A stretch of 64,000 nt of DNA from an uncultured delta proteobacterium (GTDB lineage: Bacteria; Desulfobacterota; Binatia; UBA9968): assembly GCA_963737905.1 (NCBI GenBank), contig CAVTUQ010000008.1:160001-224000 (forward strand), written 5' to 3'. The stretch's first letter is position 1. Every line of letters begins with the position of its first letter. Below the pieces are notes generated by a model. The model had not been told where the DNA came from. It saw only the letters and a program-made list of their open reading frames with translations, and ran no database searches. The translations under genes and the position numbers were made by a program. Of this stretch, positions 38,751 through 49,176 are shown piece by piece.

Positions 38751-39752
38751 ATGAGTTCTGGAGATCACCACAAAGTCAGTATTATCGTCGTTAACTGGAA
38801 TGGCGAGAGATTTCTCAAAGATTGCCTCGGCGCTCTTTCCAACCAAAGCTATGCTGATTGCGAAATCATCCTGGTTGATAACGGCTCTTCTGACAATTCC
38901 GTCCGTTTTGCCAGGGAGTATTTTCCCGAGGTAAAAATCGTTGTGCTTAGTCAGAACACAGGTTTCACGGGAGGTAATGCAGCCGGGTTGGAGATCTCTC
39001 AAGGAGCCTACATAGCGCTGGTCAATAACGATGCCCGCCCGGATGAGACCTGGCTTGAAAAGCTGATCCAGCCGATGTTGCGGGACCGCGCCGTTGGAAT
39101 TTCTGCTTCGAAGCTCATTTTCGAAAATACCCAGAGGGTGAATAGTGCCGGCGACGGGATGACGACTGCAGCGGTCGGATTCAATCGCGGGCTGGGGAGC
39201 GATGCTGTCAACTTCAACGTGCCAGAACCCGTGTTTGGCGCCTGCGGGGCGGCCGTCTTATATCGGCGGCGCATGCTCGATGAGATCGGATTTTTGGACG
39301 AAGACTTCTTTCTTTATGATGAAGACACGGATCTCAATTTCCGTGCGCAACTTGCCGGTTGGAAATGTATTTATGTGCCCACAGCGGTTGCCAACCACGT
39401 GGCCAATGCAACGAGCAAGCGTCTGAGTGACCTGCACGTCTACTATCACACGCGGAATCTCGAGTTCGTTTGGATCAAAAATATGCCTTTCGGACTGATG
39501 CTTCGCTTCGCGCATCACAAAGTTATCCAAGAACTCGGCTCTTTTTTTTACCTTTGCTTCCGGCATGGGAAATGGCGTCCATTTTTTCGGGCAAAGCGAG
39601 ATGCGCTCAAGATGTTGCCTGTCATGTTAAAAAAGCGCGAAAAGATCCAAGCCAAAAAGAGAGTCTCGAACCGTTGTGTGCGCGCAGTGCTTACGTCGAT
39701 GCTCACTTTCAGTTTCTTTAGGCAGAAAATGAAGCAACTCATAGAGGGATAG
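38751..39752 (+). CDS. GT2 glycosyltransferase (WbbL/rhamnosyltransferase-like)
   Basis: SIIVVNWNG, VDNGSSD, NTGFTGGN, LVNNDA and FLDEDFFLYDEDTD. Confidence 0.9.
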   Translation: MSSGDHHKVSIIVVNWNGERFLKDCLGALSNQSYADCEIILVDNGSSDNSVRFAREYFPEVKIVVLSQNTGFTGGNAAGLEISQGAYIALVNNDARPDETWLEKLIQPMLRDRAVGISASKLIFENTQRVNSAGDGMTTAAVGFNRGLGSDAVNFNVPEPVFGACGAAVLYRRRMLDEIGFLDEDFFLYDEDTDLNFRAQLAGWKCIYVPTAVANHVANATSKRLSDLHVYYHTRNLEFVWIKNMPFGLMLRFAHHKVIQELGSFFYLCFRHGKWRPFFRAKRDALKMLPVMLKKREKIQAKKRVSNRCVRAVLTSMLTFSFFRQKMKQLIEG

Positions 39753-39840
39753 CCTCAACCGAGTTTCAAACATTCCTGCAGCCATCGACTAGTCGAGAGA
39801 CTATTGGCATACCTATTCGAGGGAGAAGATAGCGCAGAAT

Positions 39841-40326
39841 ATGAAACGCTTCTCATTGCTTCGAACCGCGCTCCTGTGGTTAGTTTTGCTGGCGTTTTTC
39901 GGGTGCGGTGGCGACAGCCCCTCGAAGCTTCCCTTGGGAGGGTTCAAGGTCGAGTTTGTAAAACATGAAATTCCAACCGAAATGATGGTGGGACAAACCG
40001 TCTCGGCTGAGGTCAGCATCAAAAACGTGAGTTCCGCGACTTGGCCAAGCAAACCGGACCCAAAGGGAAACTACGCCGTGTATCTTTCGTACCATTGGCT
40101 AGATCGTAGGCGGCAAATCGTGGTTTTTGAAGGATTAAGAAGTCCGTTACTGCGGGATCTCAATCCTGGAGAATCAACTAGCTTAAAAGCAACGATTCGC
40201 GCGCCTGAAAAGCCCGGAGAGTTTTTGCTTCACCTGAGTTTGCTTCAGGAAGGGGTCGGGTGGTTTTCAGAAAAGGATGGCGGCCAAATTTTAATACCGA
40301 TCTCAGTGGGGCAAAAGCGAAAGTAA
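39841..40326 (+). CDS. Lipoprotein with Ig-like (NBR1-type) domain
   Basis: Lipobox-like LAFFG-C. VSIKNVSSATW, LSYHW, R..L..DLNPGES, APEKPGEF and EGVGWF. Confidence 0.7.
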   Translation: MKRFSLLRTALLWLVLLAFFGCGGDSPSKLPLGGFKVEFVKHEIPTEMMVGQTVSAEVSIKNVSSATWPSKPDPKGNYAVYLSYHWLDRRRQIVVFEGLRSPLLRDLNPGESTSLKATIRAPEKPGEFLLHLSLLQEGVGWFSEKDGGQILIPISVGQKRK

Positions 40327-40604
40327 TTGTTCAGAGCAGGATAGCCTTTCTTTGCTCTGATCGTACTTTCTTAAACTAAGGAATTTAGAAGGGATAAATC
40401 AGGGGAATCCCGATAGCGGCCAGCCATCGCTTTCAGGCAACTTTACGGTTTATAGATACCTAGCCGGCAAAGACCCATGCTGAGCATCTTGTGGGGCCGG
40501 CGTGGGCCGGACCGTCACCAAAACAGTCGCAAAGCTTGGAAACTTATAGTAAATAAGGGCATCTCTTTGGTACCCGTACGGTGTAGATTTGCAATTCAAC
40601 TAAC

Positions 40605-41750
40605 ATGCGGGTCGCCCTTATTCACGACTGGCTTATTACGACACGCGGGGGAGAGAAGTGCCTGGAGGCTTTTTGTGAGCTATACCCCCAAGCCGATGTT
40701 TATACGCTCGTTTATTTGCCAGATCGAGTTTCGAGTTTGATCAAATCGATGAACATTCACGCTTCAAGACTGAACAATGTCCCACACATCGAACGAGTCT
40801 ATCGCTACTGTCTCCCTCTATTTCCACGGGTCATCGAATCGTTTGATTTGAGAAACTACGATCTCATCGTCTCGAGCAGCCATTGCGTAGCCAAAGGAGT
40901 CTTTCCGCACCGTGCGCTCCACATTTCGTACGTCCATGCCCCCATGCGCTATGTCTGGGATATGTATGACGCTTATTTTGGCCAGGCTGCATCGCTTCTG
41001 GCTCGGGCCGGCATGTCCGTCTGGCGCCGCTATCTCCAGCGATGGGACGTTGCGGCTTCGGAGCGGGTAGACTATTTTCTAGCAAACTCCTGGAATGTCG
41101 CTGCGAAGATCCAGAAGCTCTATGGGCGCCAAGCTACGGTTGTCCACCCTCCAGTTGATCTAGAAAAGTTTCGCATTAGCGATGGGCAAGAAGGGCAAGA
41201 ACCCTACTATCTTATCGTCTCGGCTCTGGTTCCTTACAAGAGAATCGACATCGCCATTCGCGCGTTTAACGAAATGCGGCTTCCGCTGAAGATTGTCGGA
41301 GAAGGGCCTTTGCGCAGCTCGCTCGAGCGGAGCGCAGGGTCTACCATAGAGTTCCTTGGCTGGGTTGACGACTCGGTCTTGGCTGCGCTATACGGCTCGT
41401 GTCGAGCACTTATTTTCCCGGGTGAAGAAGATCTTGGGATTGTTCCGCTGGAGGCTCAGTCCTGTGGCAGGCCGGTCATCGCATACGAGAAAGGCGGAGT
41501 GCTAGAGACGGTGATTCCAGTGACGGCAAATACTCCAAGCGTGTCGCCCACCGGGATTTTTTTTTCAGAGCAGACACCAGAGGACTTAATGAGAGCGGTG
41601 GAGCACTATCGGAAGATGCAAAGCCGATTTGACCCAAAAAAGATACGGGATCACGCGGCGCAATTTTCGACGGCGCGTTTCAGAAATCAAGTTCACGAAT
41701 ACATCCAGGCCCGGTTGGCCGAGCGGTGGGGAGTGGACCATCCGTGCTGA
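40605..41750 (+). CDS. GT4 glycosyltransferase (WbaZ-like)
   Basis: ALIHDWL...GGEK, SSSHCVAKG, PYKRID and EEDLGIVPLEAQSCG. Confidence 0.9.
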   Translation: MRVALIHDWLITTRGGEKCLEAFCELYPQADVYTLVYLPDRVSSLIKSMNIHASRLNNVPHIERVYRYCLPLFPRVIESFDLRNYDLIVSSSHCVAKGVFPHRALHISYVHAPMRYVWDMYDAYFGQAASLLARAGMSVWRRYLQRWDVAASERVDYFLANSWNVAAKIQKLYGRQATVVHPPVDLEKFRISDGQEGQEPYYLIVSALVPYKRIDIAIRAFNEMRLPLKIVGEGPLRSSLERSAGSTIEFLGWVDDSVLAALYGSCRALIFPGEEDLGIVPLEAQSCGRPVIAYEKGGVLETVIPVTANTPSVSPTGIFFSEQTPEDLMRAVEHYRKMQSRFDPKKIRDHAAQFSTARFRNQVHEYIQARLAERWGVDHPC

Positions 41751-43156
41751 AGCAACGGAGCGAGTTCTTCCAGAGTTTGATGCTGCTACACGACCTCCTT
41801 TTTCTGAGCGTCGCATGGTGGCTCGCCTATCTGATCCGTTTCGAAACAGATTTTTTCCCGGAGCCCGAACCGCATCTTTTTCGACACTATACCATCGCCT
41901 GGCTTCTTATCCTGCTCGTGTGGACAGCAGTTTTTCACCGGCTGGATTTTTATCGTCCCCGGCGACTGTCGGGTCAAAACCGCGAAATCGTTGAGGTGCT
42001 CAAGGGGTGCAGTCTCGCGATGCTTATTTTCTTGGGACTCGTGTTCTTGCTTCGCGATCTCGTTCTTTCTCGAATCGTTGTGATCCTATTTGGGATATCT
42101 AGCTTTATTTTGCTTAATATCAGTCACGTCGTTTTTCGAGAAGGGTTAAGGTTTTTGCGACGACGAGGCTATAATCTGCGGCACGTGCTGCTTATCGGAA
42201 CTCCCCGGCAGGTTGACCAGCTCGCGCAAAAGTTACAAGCATACCGCCAATTCGGTCTTAGCATCGCTGGGGTATACCTTACCCAGCAACCACCGGCGGA
42301 GATGACGCCAGTCTCAGCAGGATGCCTCAAGGACACCGGGGAACTCAATCGATTGGTCAAGTCTGGAACCATCGATCAAATCTTTGTCACGTTACCCTTA
42401 GAGCAAGCAGGCAAATTGGTCGAAATCCAGCAGTGGCTGGAAGATGAGCCCATTACGCTCCATTTTATTCCGGACGTGGGAGATCTTGCCAAGCTTCGCG
42501 GACGCATGGAAGAATTTGACGGATTACCCATCATCAGTCTACAAAGCTCGCCGTTACACGGATGGAACTCTTGCCTCAAACGGATCATGGATCTGTCGGT
42601 CGGCGGACTGGCGCTGGTGTTTTTTTCGCCTTTAATGCTGCTGATCGCCATTATGATCAAGCTGACTTCCTCCGGACCTATTCTATATCGACAAGAACGC
42701 ATGGGTTTGGACGGAAAACAATTCAGGATTCTCAAGTTCAGGACTATGGTCAAAAATGCAGAGCAGTCCACCGGACCCGTTTGGGCCGTGGCCGATGATC
42801 CCCGGGTGACCCCGCTTGGGCGAATATTGCGGGCGACCAGTCTGGACGAATTACCCCAGTTGATTAATGTGCTCAGGGGTGAAATGAGTTTGGTGGGTCC
42901 TCGACCGGAAAGACCGGTATTGATCAAGTACTTTCGGAAATCAATTCCGGGATATATGCTGCGGCATAAAGTGAAAGCCGGCATGACCGGCTGGGCGCAG
43001 GTTAACGGATGGCGTGGAAATACTTCATTGGAGTCCCGGATCGAGCACGATTTGGATTATATCGGGAATTGGTCAATCTGGCGTGATATAAAGATCCTTG
43101 CTCTTACCGTCTTTGGCGGTTTTCGAAACCGAGGGACGGGAAGCCTGCGCAATTGA
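41744..43156 (+). CDS. wcaJ: Undecaprenyl-phosphate sugar phosphotransferase (WcaJ/WbaP family, priming)
   Basis: Four N-terminal TM segments. KRIMD, KFRTM, SLDELPQLINVLRGEMSLVGPRPER and GMTGWAQVNG. Confidence 0.9.
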   Translation: MLKQRSEFFQSLMLLHDLLFLSVAWWLAYLIRFETDFFPEPEPHLFRHYTIAWLLILLVWTAVFHRLDFYRPRRLSGQNREIVEVLKGCSLAMLIFLGLVFLLRDLVLSRIVVILFGISSFILLNISHVVFREGLRFLRRRGYNLRHVLLIGTPRQVDQLAQKLQAYRQFGLSIAGVYLTQQPPAEMTPVSAGCLKDTGELNRLVKSGTIDQIFVTLPLEQAGKLVEIQQWLEDEPITLHFIPDVGDLAKLRGRMEEFDGLPIISLQSSPLHGWNSCLKRIMDLSVGGLALVFFSPLMLLIAIMIKLTSSGPILYRQERMGLDGKQFRILKFRTMVKNAEQSTGPVWAVADDPRVTPLGRILRATSLDELPQLINVLRGEMSLVGPRPERPVLIKYFRKSIPGYMLRHKVKAGMTGWAQVNGWRGNTSLESRIEHDLDYIGNWSIWRDIKILALTVFGGFRNRGTGSLRN

Positions 43157-43230
43157 TTTTGTTCGTTTCGCGGTGTCCTTAATCATATCCTATTGCGCTC
43201 CATGGAGTGCCCCTCCATATTCGACAACGC

Positions 43231-44457
43231 ATGGATAAAGTTATCGCATGGTGGGGCAAGGGGATTTTTGTTTCGCTCTGCCTCACGATTGTCCTGTTGG
43301 GCACTGGACCGTTGGATTCGTCTTCGCCCGGCTTGAGCGTCAGTGCGTGGAGCGTTTCCCGGACGACCTTTTTCATCTGGCTGATCTGGAAACTGTTGAT
43401 TTGGGTCCGGCACGGCAGTTCCCAACTCGGTTTTCGCAAGCTCGTTATACCGATTCCTCTCCTTCTTTTCTTCACTCTTGTCACGATATCCTTACTACCG
43501 GACTATCATCAGGCCGGTGACTATCGCTATTTTTTCTTGGGATCCATGCATTATCTGATGATTTTGGATCTCTGCTCAGATCAAAAAAGATGGCGTCTCA
43601 TATTTCATTTGCTGGCTTTGTTGCCCGGTCTGCTTGCGGTGCGGGGCATTTTATACGATCCGTTGGTGCTTGAACTGGATCAGATGCGGCGGTTTGGTTA
43701 CCCCTTGCCCCATCCCAATATTGCCGGTTACCTTTTCGCCATGACTCTTCCACTTTGCTTGGCGATAGCAGTCGGTGGAGCAAGGAAGGTGCGTGCGCTC
43801 TCGCTGCTTTCCGGTGGCGCCCAGTTGTTGGCGCTGATCCTTACTTATTCGAGGGGTGCCTGGTTGGGATGGTCGGTCTCGATCTTTTCCTTTGGCGTCA
43901 TGCTAAAGCGGTGGAGAGAAGTTTGGATCATTTTGACAATGGTTGGGCTGCTCCTATCTCTAGCGACACCTCTACACGAGCGCTTATTTACGCTGGTCAA
44001 CCCGCAGACTGACTTTTCGATCAACGAAAGGATGCAGGCGATAGAGGCTGGCCTGAAAGTGGGCTTAGATCATCCGGTTTTAGGCGTGGGCTACGGGCGT
44101 GGGCGGCTCAGGGAAGGTCTTCGAGAACAAGAGAAAAAAACCGGGGCTAAGATTGGCCACATAGCGCATACCCACAACATGTACGTTGAACTCTTCGCGC
44201 AAACCGGATTGCTGGGACTCAGCGCCTTCCTGTGGTTGCTCTGTCAGGCTTTCTGCCAGGCTATAAACAACGCAGGTCGTTTCAAGGGTTCGGAGCGAGC
44301 ATTCGCGCTCGGAATCGCCGCAGCTTGGATCGCATTTGGCGTAACCGGCTTCGGCGATGTCCCCTTTTATCATCACGAAATTCGCATCTTGTTTTTTAGT
44401 CTCTTAGCGCTGACGCATTTCTATAGTCAGCCTTCGGCCCCATCCGTTTGCAATTAG
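43231..44457 (+). CDS. O-antigen ligase / O-oligosaccharyltransferase-like (Wzy_C) membrane protein
   Basis: Multiple TM segments. HPN, TYSRGAW, HPVLGVGYG and HTHNMYVELFAQTGLLG. Confidence 0.85.
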   Translation: MDKVIAWWGKGIFVSLCLTIVLLGTGPLDSSSPGLSVSAWSVSRTTFFIWLIWKLLIWVRHGSSQLGFRKLVIPIPLLLFFTLVTISLLPDYHQAGDYRYFFLGSMHYLMILDLCSDQKRWRLIFHLLALLPGLLAVRGILYDPLVLELDQMRRFGYPLPHPNIAGYLFAMTLPLCLAIAVGGARKVRALSLLSGGAQLLALILTYSRGAWLGWSVSIFSFGVMLKRWREVWIILTMVGLLLSLATPLHERLFTLVNPQTDFSINERMQAIEAGLKVGLDHPVLGVGYGRGRLREGLREQEKKTGAKIGHIAHTHNMYVELFAQTGLLGLSAFLWLLCQAFCQAINNAGRFKGSERAFALGIAAAWIAFGVTGFGDVPFYHHEIRILFFSLLALTHFYSQPSAPSVCN

Positions 44458-44501
44458 TTTCCACCTTTTGGAAAATTTGGTATGATGAGGCCGGTTTCAA
44501 A

Positions 44502-44885
44502 ATGGCACATCAGGCATATCAGGGGAAGATTGTCGAAAAGCCATGGGGTTATGAGCTCCTATGGGCTCATACACCGCGCTATGTGGGAAAGATTCTCCAC
44601 ATCAATAAAGGAGAATCCCTGAGCTATCAATACCACAGAGTCAAGGACGAAACGGTCCGCCTTCTAAGCGGAAGCCTGGAGATGGAGGTAGAGCTGGGGG
44701 GCGAGAGAACAAAACTCAAGTTCAAGCCAGGTGACTGCCTTCACATAGTTCCCGGGATGAAGCACAGGATGACGGGCCTCGAAGAATGCGATGTCTTGGA
44801 AGTATCGACCCCCGAGCTCGATGACGTGGTGCGGTTGGAAGATCGCTATGGCAGAACGGATACAAAAGATAAAGATCCGGTGTAA
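44502..44885 (+). CDS. Cupin (mannose-6-phosphate isomerase C-terminal-like)
   Basis: VEKPWG, LSYQYH..KDET, PGMKHR and EVSTPELDDVVRLEDRYGR. Confidence 0.8.
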   Translation: MAHQAYQGKIVEKPWGYELLWAHTPRYVGKILHINKGESLSYQYHRVKDETVRLLSGSLEMEVELGGERTKLKFKPGDCLHIVPGMKHRMTGLEECDVLEVSTPELDDVVRLEDRYGRTDTKDKDPV

Positions 44886-44897
44886 GTAGTCACCTCT

Positions 44898-46598
44898 ATG
44901 GATGTCCATTTGAGTCTCGCTGAGCAGTTGATCGAGCGCCGCCTTCTCTCTAGCGAAGAGATGGAGCGGGTAGCCAAACTTCAGCAGGAACAGCAGGCTC
45001 CGCTCACCCGACTGATTGTCGAGCTGGGATTTCTTTCCGAGGATGATCTGCTGCCTGTGCTGCGGGATCATTTCGAGATTCCAATGATCACGCTGAAGGA
45101 TTTGCCCGCCGCTCCGCTCGCCGTGGAGTTTTCTCCCACGATCGGGGATTTTTTCAAGCAGGCCCGCATGGTACCGATAAAAATCGAAGGCCGGGATCTA
45201 GTCGTTGCGATTAACGACCCGATGGATATCTCTCGTCTCCATGCGCTGGAGCTCGCTGCCGGATTGCACGTTAAACCCGTACTGGCCAAGGAAAAAGACA
45301 TCACAGCGAGAATCGAGGCCCTGTTCGGCAATTCCTATTCAACCGAAGCCAACACGGGTTCGGCTGCCCGTGAGATCGAAGGTGCGGTGGACGAGGAAGA
45401 TGTCGCTCATCTGCGCGATATGGCGTCCGAAGTACCCGTCATCCGTCTGGTGAATCAAATGCTAGTGCGGGCGCTGGAGAGCCGCGCCTCGGATGTTCAT
45501 ATCGAGCCTTTTGAGAATCAGCTGAAGATCCGGTATCGTATCGACGGCATTCTTCACGAAGTGGAGCCACCGCCTCGTCAGTTGAAAGCCGCCGTGATCT
45601 CGCGTCTAAAAATTCTGGCCCAACTCAATATTGCAGAGCGCCGGCTGCCGCAGGATGGACGAATCAAGATCCGGCTGGCGGGTAAGGATGTCGATCTCCG
45701 CATTGCCACCGTTCCAACGCTGTACGGAGAAAGCGTGGTCATTCGTCTGTTGGAGCGCGCGCAAATCTTTACGCAGATGGATGCTCTGGGTTTTCCTGCT
45801 GCCATCCTCCAACATTTCAATGAAATGATCTCCAAGCCTCATGGGATGATTCTCGTTACCGGGCCCACGGGAAGTGGTAAGACCACAACCCTTTACGGAG
45901 CTTTGCAAAAAATCAACGACCCGGGGAAAAAGATCATTACCATCGAAGATCCGGTGGAATATCAACTTAGCGGCGTGAATCAGATCCAGGTTAAGCCGCA
46001 AATCGGCCTTTCTTTCGCCAACGGCCTGCGGTCGATCGTGCGCCAGGATCCCGATGTGATCATGGTCGGCGAAATTCGCGACGCGGAAACTGCGGAGATC
46101 GCGGTTCAAGCCGCGCTGACGGGTCACTTGGTTTTCTCCACATTGCACACGAACGATGCTGCGGGCGCGATTTCACGCCTGTTGGAGATGGGAGTTCAGG
46201 ATTATCTCCTTTCGTCTTCGCTGTTGGGTGTCCTAGCGCAGAGACTGGTGCGCCGGCTGTGTGTCAATTGCCGGAAAGAGGTTTCCTTCGCAGGCTTTGA
46301 CGGAAACGAGCCCGAATTGACGCTTCCAAGCACGGAGAGACTGGAAACTGTATGGGACGCCGTGGGTTGCGATCGGTGTAGCGGCACCGGATATCTCGGT
46401 CGCGTGGGAATCTATGAGCTATTACCCGTGACTTCTGAGGTCTGCAAAGTCATCGTTCAACGCGCGGATGCGGGAATGATCCGTAGCCTGGCGGTCCAGC
46501 AGGGCATGCGTCTGTTGAGGGACGATGGCTGGCACAAAGTCCGATACGGCGTCACAACCGTCGCCGAAGTGCTGCGTGTTACCAGAGAGGAAGCTTAA
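44898..46598 (+). CDS. gspE: Type II secretion ATPase
   Basis: ASDVHIEP, IAERRLPQDGR, GPTGSGKTTT, RQDPDVIMVGEIRD and LHTND, plus a CxxC...CxxC motif. Confidence 0.93.
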   Translation: MDVHLSLAEQLIERRLLSSEEMERVAKLQQEQQAPLTRLIVELGFLSEDDLLPVLRDHFEIPMITLKDLPAAPLAVEFSPTIGDFFKQARMVPIKIEGRDLVVAINDPMDISRLHALELAAGLHVKPVLAKEKDITARIEALFGNSYSTEANTGSAAREIEGAVDEEDVAHLRDMASEVPVIRLVNQMLVRALESRASDVHIEPFENQLKIRYRIDGILHEVEPPPRQLKAAVISRLKILAQLNIAERRLPQDGRIKIRLAGKDVDLRIATVPTLYGESVVIRLLERAQIFTQMDALGFPAAILQHFNEMISKPHGMILVTGPTGSGKTTTLYGALQKINDPGKKIITIEDPVEYQLSGVNQIQVKPQIGLSFANGLRSIVRQDPDVIMVGEIRDAETAEIAVQAALTGHLVFSTLHTNDAAGAISRLLEMGVQDYLLSSSLLGVLAQRLVRRLCVNCRKEVSFAGFDGNEPELTLPSTERLETVWDAVGCDRCSGTGYLGRVGIYELLPVTSEVCKVIVQRADAGMIRSLAVQQGMRLLRDDGWHKVRYGVTTVAEVLRVTREEA

Positions 46599-46679
46599 GT
46601 CGGGCTTGAAACGAGTAAGGCCGCTATCCTCCGGAGTCTAATCGTCTCTAGCGCTCGACTGGCCTGCTTTACTATTCCC

Positions 46680-47903
46680 ATGGCCTTTTTCCAATATCGC
46701 GCCGCCGATCAAGCTGGCAAAATCGTCGAAGGTGTAATGGAAGCCGATGCGGAACCGGGTGTCGTGGCTCGCCTCCATGAGATGGGCTGCATTCCGCTAC
46801 GCATCGCGATGCCGGGGGACCGATTGGCCGCGGGTTCTCAGGCGCGACGACCGCTGATTCCGAAGCGCAAGGTCAACCAACAGCAGCTACTCCAATTCAC
46901 CCAGGAGCTCAGTACGCTTCTGGGGGCCGGGCTGCCGCTGGACCGTAGCCTTTCACTTCTCGCCAATTTGATCGAAGGGGAGGATTTTACCAAGGTCATG
47001 CGGACTCTCCTGGAGGCGGTGCGCGCCGGTAAATCGCTGGCCGCTGCCATGGGGGAGCATCCCGAGGTGTTTCCCAAGATCTACGTGAACATGATTCGAG
47101 CGGGAGAGGCCGGAGGGATTTTGGAAGGCGTTCTTCGCCATCTCGCCGAATATTTGGAGCGCTCGGTGGCTCTTAAAGAGGATATAAAATCGGCTTTGGT
47201 CTACCCGACGATCTTGGCGGCGGCCGCAGGACTTTCCTTGACTGTACTTTTCATCTATGTGATTCCGCGCTTTGCCTTAATCTTTAAAGACGTCGGCCAA
47301 GCCTTACCGTGGATTACCAAGGTCGTTCTCGATTTAAGCCAACTATTGACACAGTACGGTTGGCTTATCTTGCTTTTGCTGGTCATGGGAGCCGTGGGCG
47401 GAGTATATTATTTTCGCAGCCCGGAAGGGCGGGCGGAATGGGACCGCCAGTCTCTTCGTGTTTGGCTTTTGGGGGACCTGCTCAGAAAGTTCGAAACGGC
47501 TCGCTTTGCCAGAACGCTGGCGGCCTTATTGAAGGGAGGGGTGCCTCTGCTCGAAGCCCTCGGTACAGTTCAGGCCATTGTCGGGAACCGTTTGCTATCC
47601 CGGGCCATTGGGCAGGTCCAAGTTCGCGTGCGTGAGGGAAAGGGGATGGCACAACCACTCGGGGAAAGCGGAATGTTTCCACCGCTCGCATTGAATATGA
47701 TTGCTGTCGGTGAGGAGACCGGAAAGTTGGAAGGCATGCTCAGTGAGGTCGCCGAGCATTACGATCAAGAAGTCAAACGGACGACCAAGAGATTAACTGC
47801 GCTATTAGAGCCGGCGCTCATTCTAGGCATGGGACTCATCATCGGGGTGGTTGTGGTCTCGATGCTGCTGGCTATCTTTAGCATCAATGATTTGCCATTC
47901 TAA
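46680..47903 (+). CDS. gspF: Type II secretion inner-membrane platform protein
   Basis: AGLPL, MIRAGEAGG, ALVYP, VGEETGKL and LLEP. Confidence 0.92.
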   Translation: MAFFQYRAADQAGKIVEGVMEADAEPGVVARLHEMGCIPLRIAMPGDRLAAGSQARRPLIPKRKVNQQQLLQFTQELSTLLGAGLPLDRSLSLLANLIEGEDFTKVMRTLLEAVRAGKSLAAAMGEHPEVFPKIYVNMIRAGEAGGILEGVLRHLAEYLERSVALKEDIKSALVYPTILAAAAGLSLTVLFIYVIPRFALIFKDVGQALPWITKVVLDLSQLLTQYGWLILLLLVMGAVGGVYYFRSPEGRAEWDRQSLRVWLLGDLLRKFETARFARTLAALLKGGVPLLEALGTVQAIVGNRLLSRAIGQVQVRVREGKGMAQPLGESGMFPPLALNMIAVGEETGKLEGMLSEVAEHYDQEVKRTTKRLTALLEPALILGMGLIIGVVVVSMLLAIFSINDLPF

Positions 47904-47907
47904 GAAA

Positions 47908-48321
47908 ATGCGAAACCGCGACGGTTTCACACTTATCGAGTTGCTCGTGGTGATGGTCATCATCGGGCTGCTCGCGGCGCTGGTGGGGCCGCGCTTCATC
48001 CGACAAGAAGAAAAGGCGAAGATCAAAGCAGCGAAGGCGCAGATCGAGCTCCTGGGCACCGCTCTGGATACTTTTCGACTCGACGTCGGGCGCTATCCGA
48101 GCACCCAGGAGGGGCTCGAGGCCTTGAGGACCAAACCGGGCGGTCTCGAACGATGGGACGGGCCCTACCTCAAGAAGGATCTGCCTCTGGATCCCTGGGG
48201 CAAGGCCTATGCTTACAAGAGTCCGGGCGAACATGGTGCCTTTGATATTGTTTCCTACGGTCCCGACGGAGCGCCCGGCGGCGAAGAGGATAACCGTGAT
48301 ATTACGAGCTGGGAGCGATAA
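47908..48321 (+). CDS. gspG: Major pseudopilin
   Basis: G-FTLIELLVV prepilin site, LDVGRYPSTQEGLEAL, WDGPYL and DPWG. Confidence 0.95.
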   Translation: MRNRDGFTLIELLVVMVIIGLLAALVGPRFIRQEEKAKIKAAKAQIELLGTALDTFRLDVGRYPSTQEGLEALRTKPGGLERWDGPYLKKDLPLDPWGKAYAYKSPGEHGAFDIVSYGPDGAPGGEEDNRDITSWER

Positions 48322-48763
48322 CCGAGGATTTTCACTTTTAGAGCTGCTCCTGGTTTTGCTCCTCTTAGGTGTGAGTAGCTTAATCGTACTCCCGGCCATC
48401 GATAGTGGACTGCGCGAGCGGGAAGTCAGACGCTCTGCCCTAGGTCTCGCTGCGGTCGCGCGCGAGCTCCGTAGCCGCGCTTTATACGAAGGAATCCCGC
48501 AACGCCTTGTCTTGAACGTTGTTGACAATAGTTATCTCGTGGCTCGCGATCGTGAAGTGCATTTGCCGTCGAATGTGAACTTCTCTCAGGTCGAGGGCGG
48601 AGAGACCCTCGACAGGAGCGTACGGCAGTTTGTTTTTTTTCCGAACGGGAGCAACCTAGGAGGGAAGATTGGTTTGATGGGCGGCCAGAACGCAACTTCG
48701 TATTCGGTTCGCCTCGAACCGCTGAGCGGCAAAATTGATGTGATCAAGGGTCAAAAATCGTGA
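48296..48763 (+). CDS. gspH: Minor pseudopilin
   Basis: G-FSLLELLLV and FFPNGSNLGG. GTG start with GAGGA RBS. Confidence 0.8.
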   Translation: MILRAGSDNRGFSLLELLLVLLLLGVSSLIVLPAIDSGLREREVRRSALGLAAVARELRSRALYEGIPQRLVLNVVDNSYLVARDREVHLPSNVNFSQVEGGETLDRSVRQFVFFPNGSNLGGKIGLMGGQNATSYSVRLEPLSGKIDVIKGQKS

Positions 48764-49176
48764 CTATCAGGCGCAACTTTCCTTCGCTCTCAGCTGGATT
48801 CACGCTGTTGGAAGTTGTCGTAGCGATGACCATCGTGGGCATCGGCGTGGTGACGCTTTTAGAAATTTTTTCCACGGGACTTCATTTGGGCTCCAGGAGT
48901 TCCGACGCGACGGAAGCCATGACCTACGGTCGTCAAGCGATGGACGAGATTTTGTTGCGGCGCAAGATCGAGGAGGGCGCGCAGCAAGGCTCGCTCAATG
49001 AAAAGACCCGCTGGAAAGTCGGGATTGAGCCTGTAAAGGAGCCCTCCGATACACTGTCCTTGTCGTCCGCCTGGGAGTTGAAGGAAATTACCTTGGACAT
49101 GCGTGTGACGGAAGCGGGAAGGGATCGAACCGTGGAGTTGCGGACCTATCGTCTCGTGCGAAGGAAGAACCAGTGA
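48760..49176 (+). CDS. gspI: Minor pseudopilin
   Basis: G-FTLLEVVVA; operon position. Confidence 0.8.
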   Translation: MTIRRNFPSLSAGFTLLEVVVAMTIVGIGVVTLLEIFSTGLHLGSRSSDATEAMTYGRQAMDEILLRRKIEEGAQQGSLNEKTRWKVGIEPVKEPSDTLSLSSAWELKEITLDMRVTEAGRDRTVELRTYRLVRRKNQ

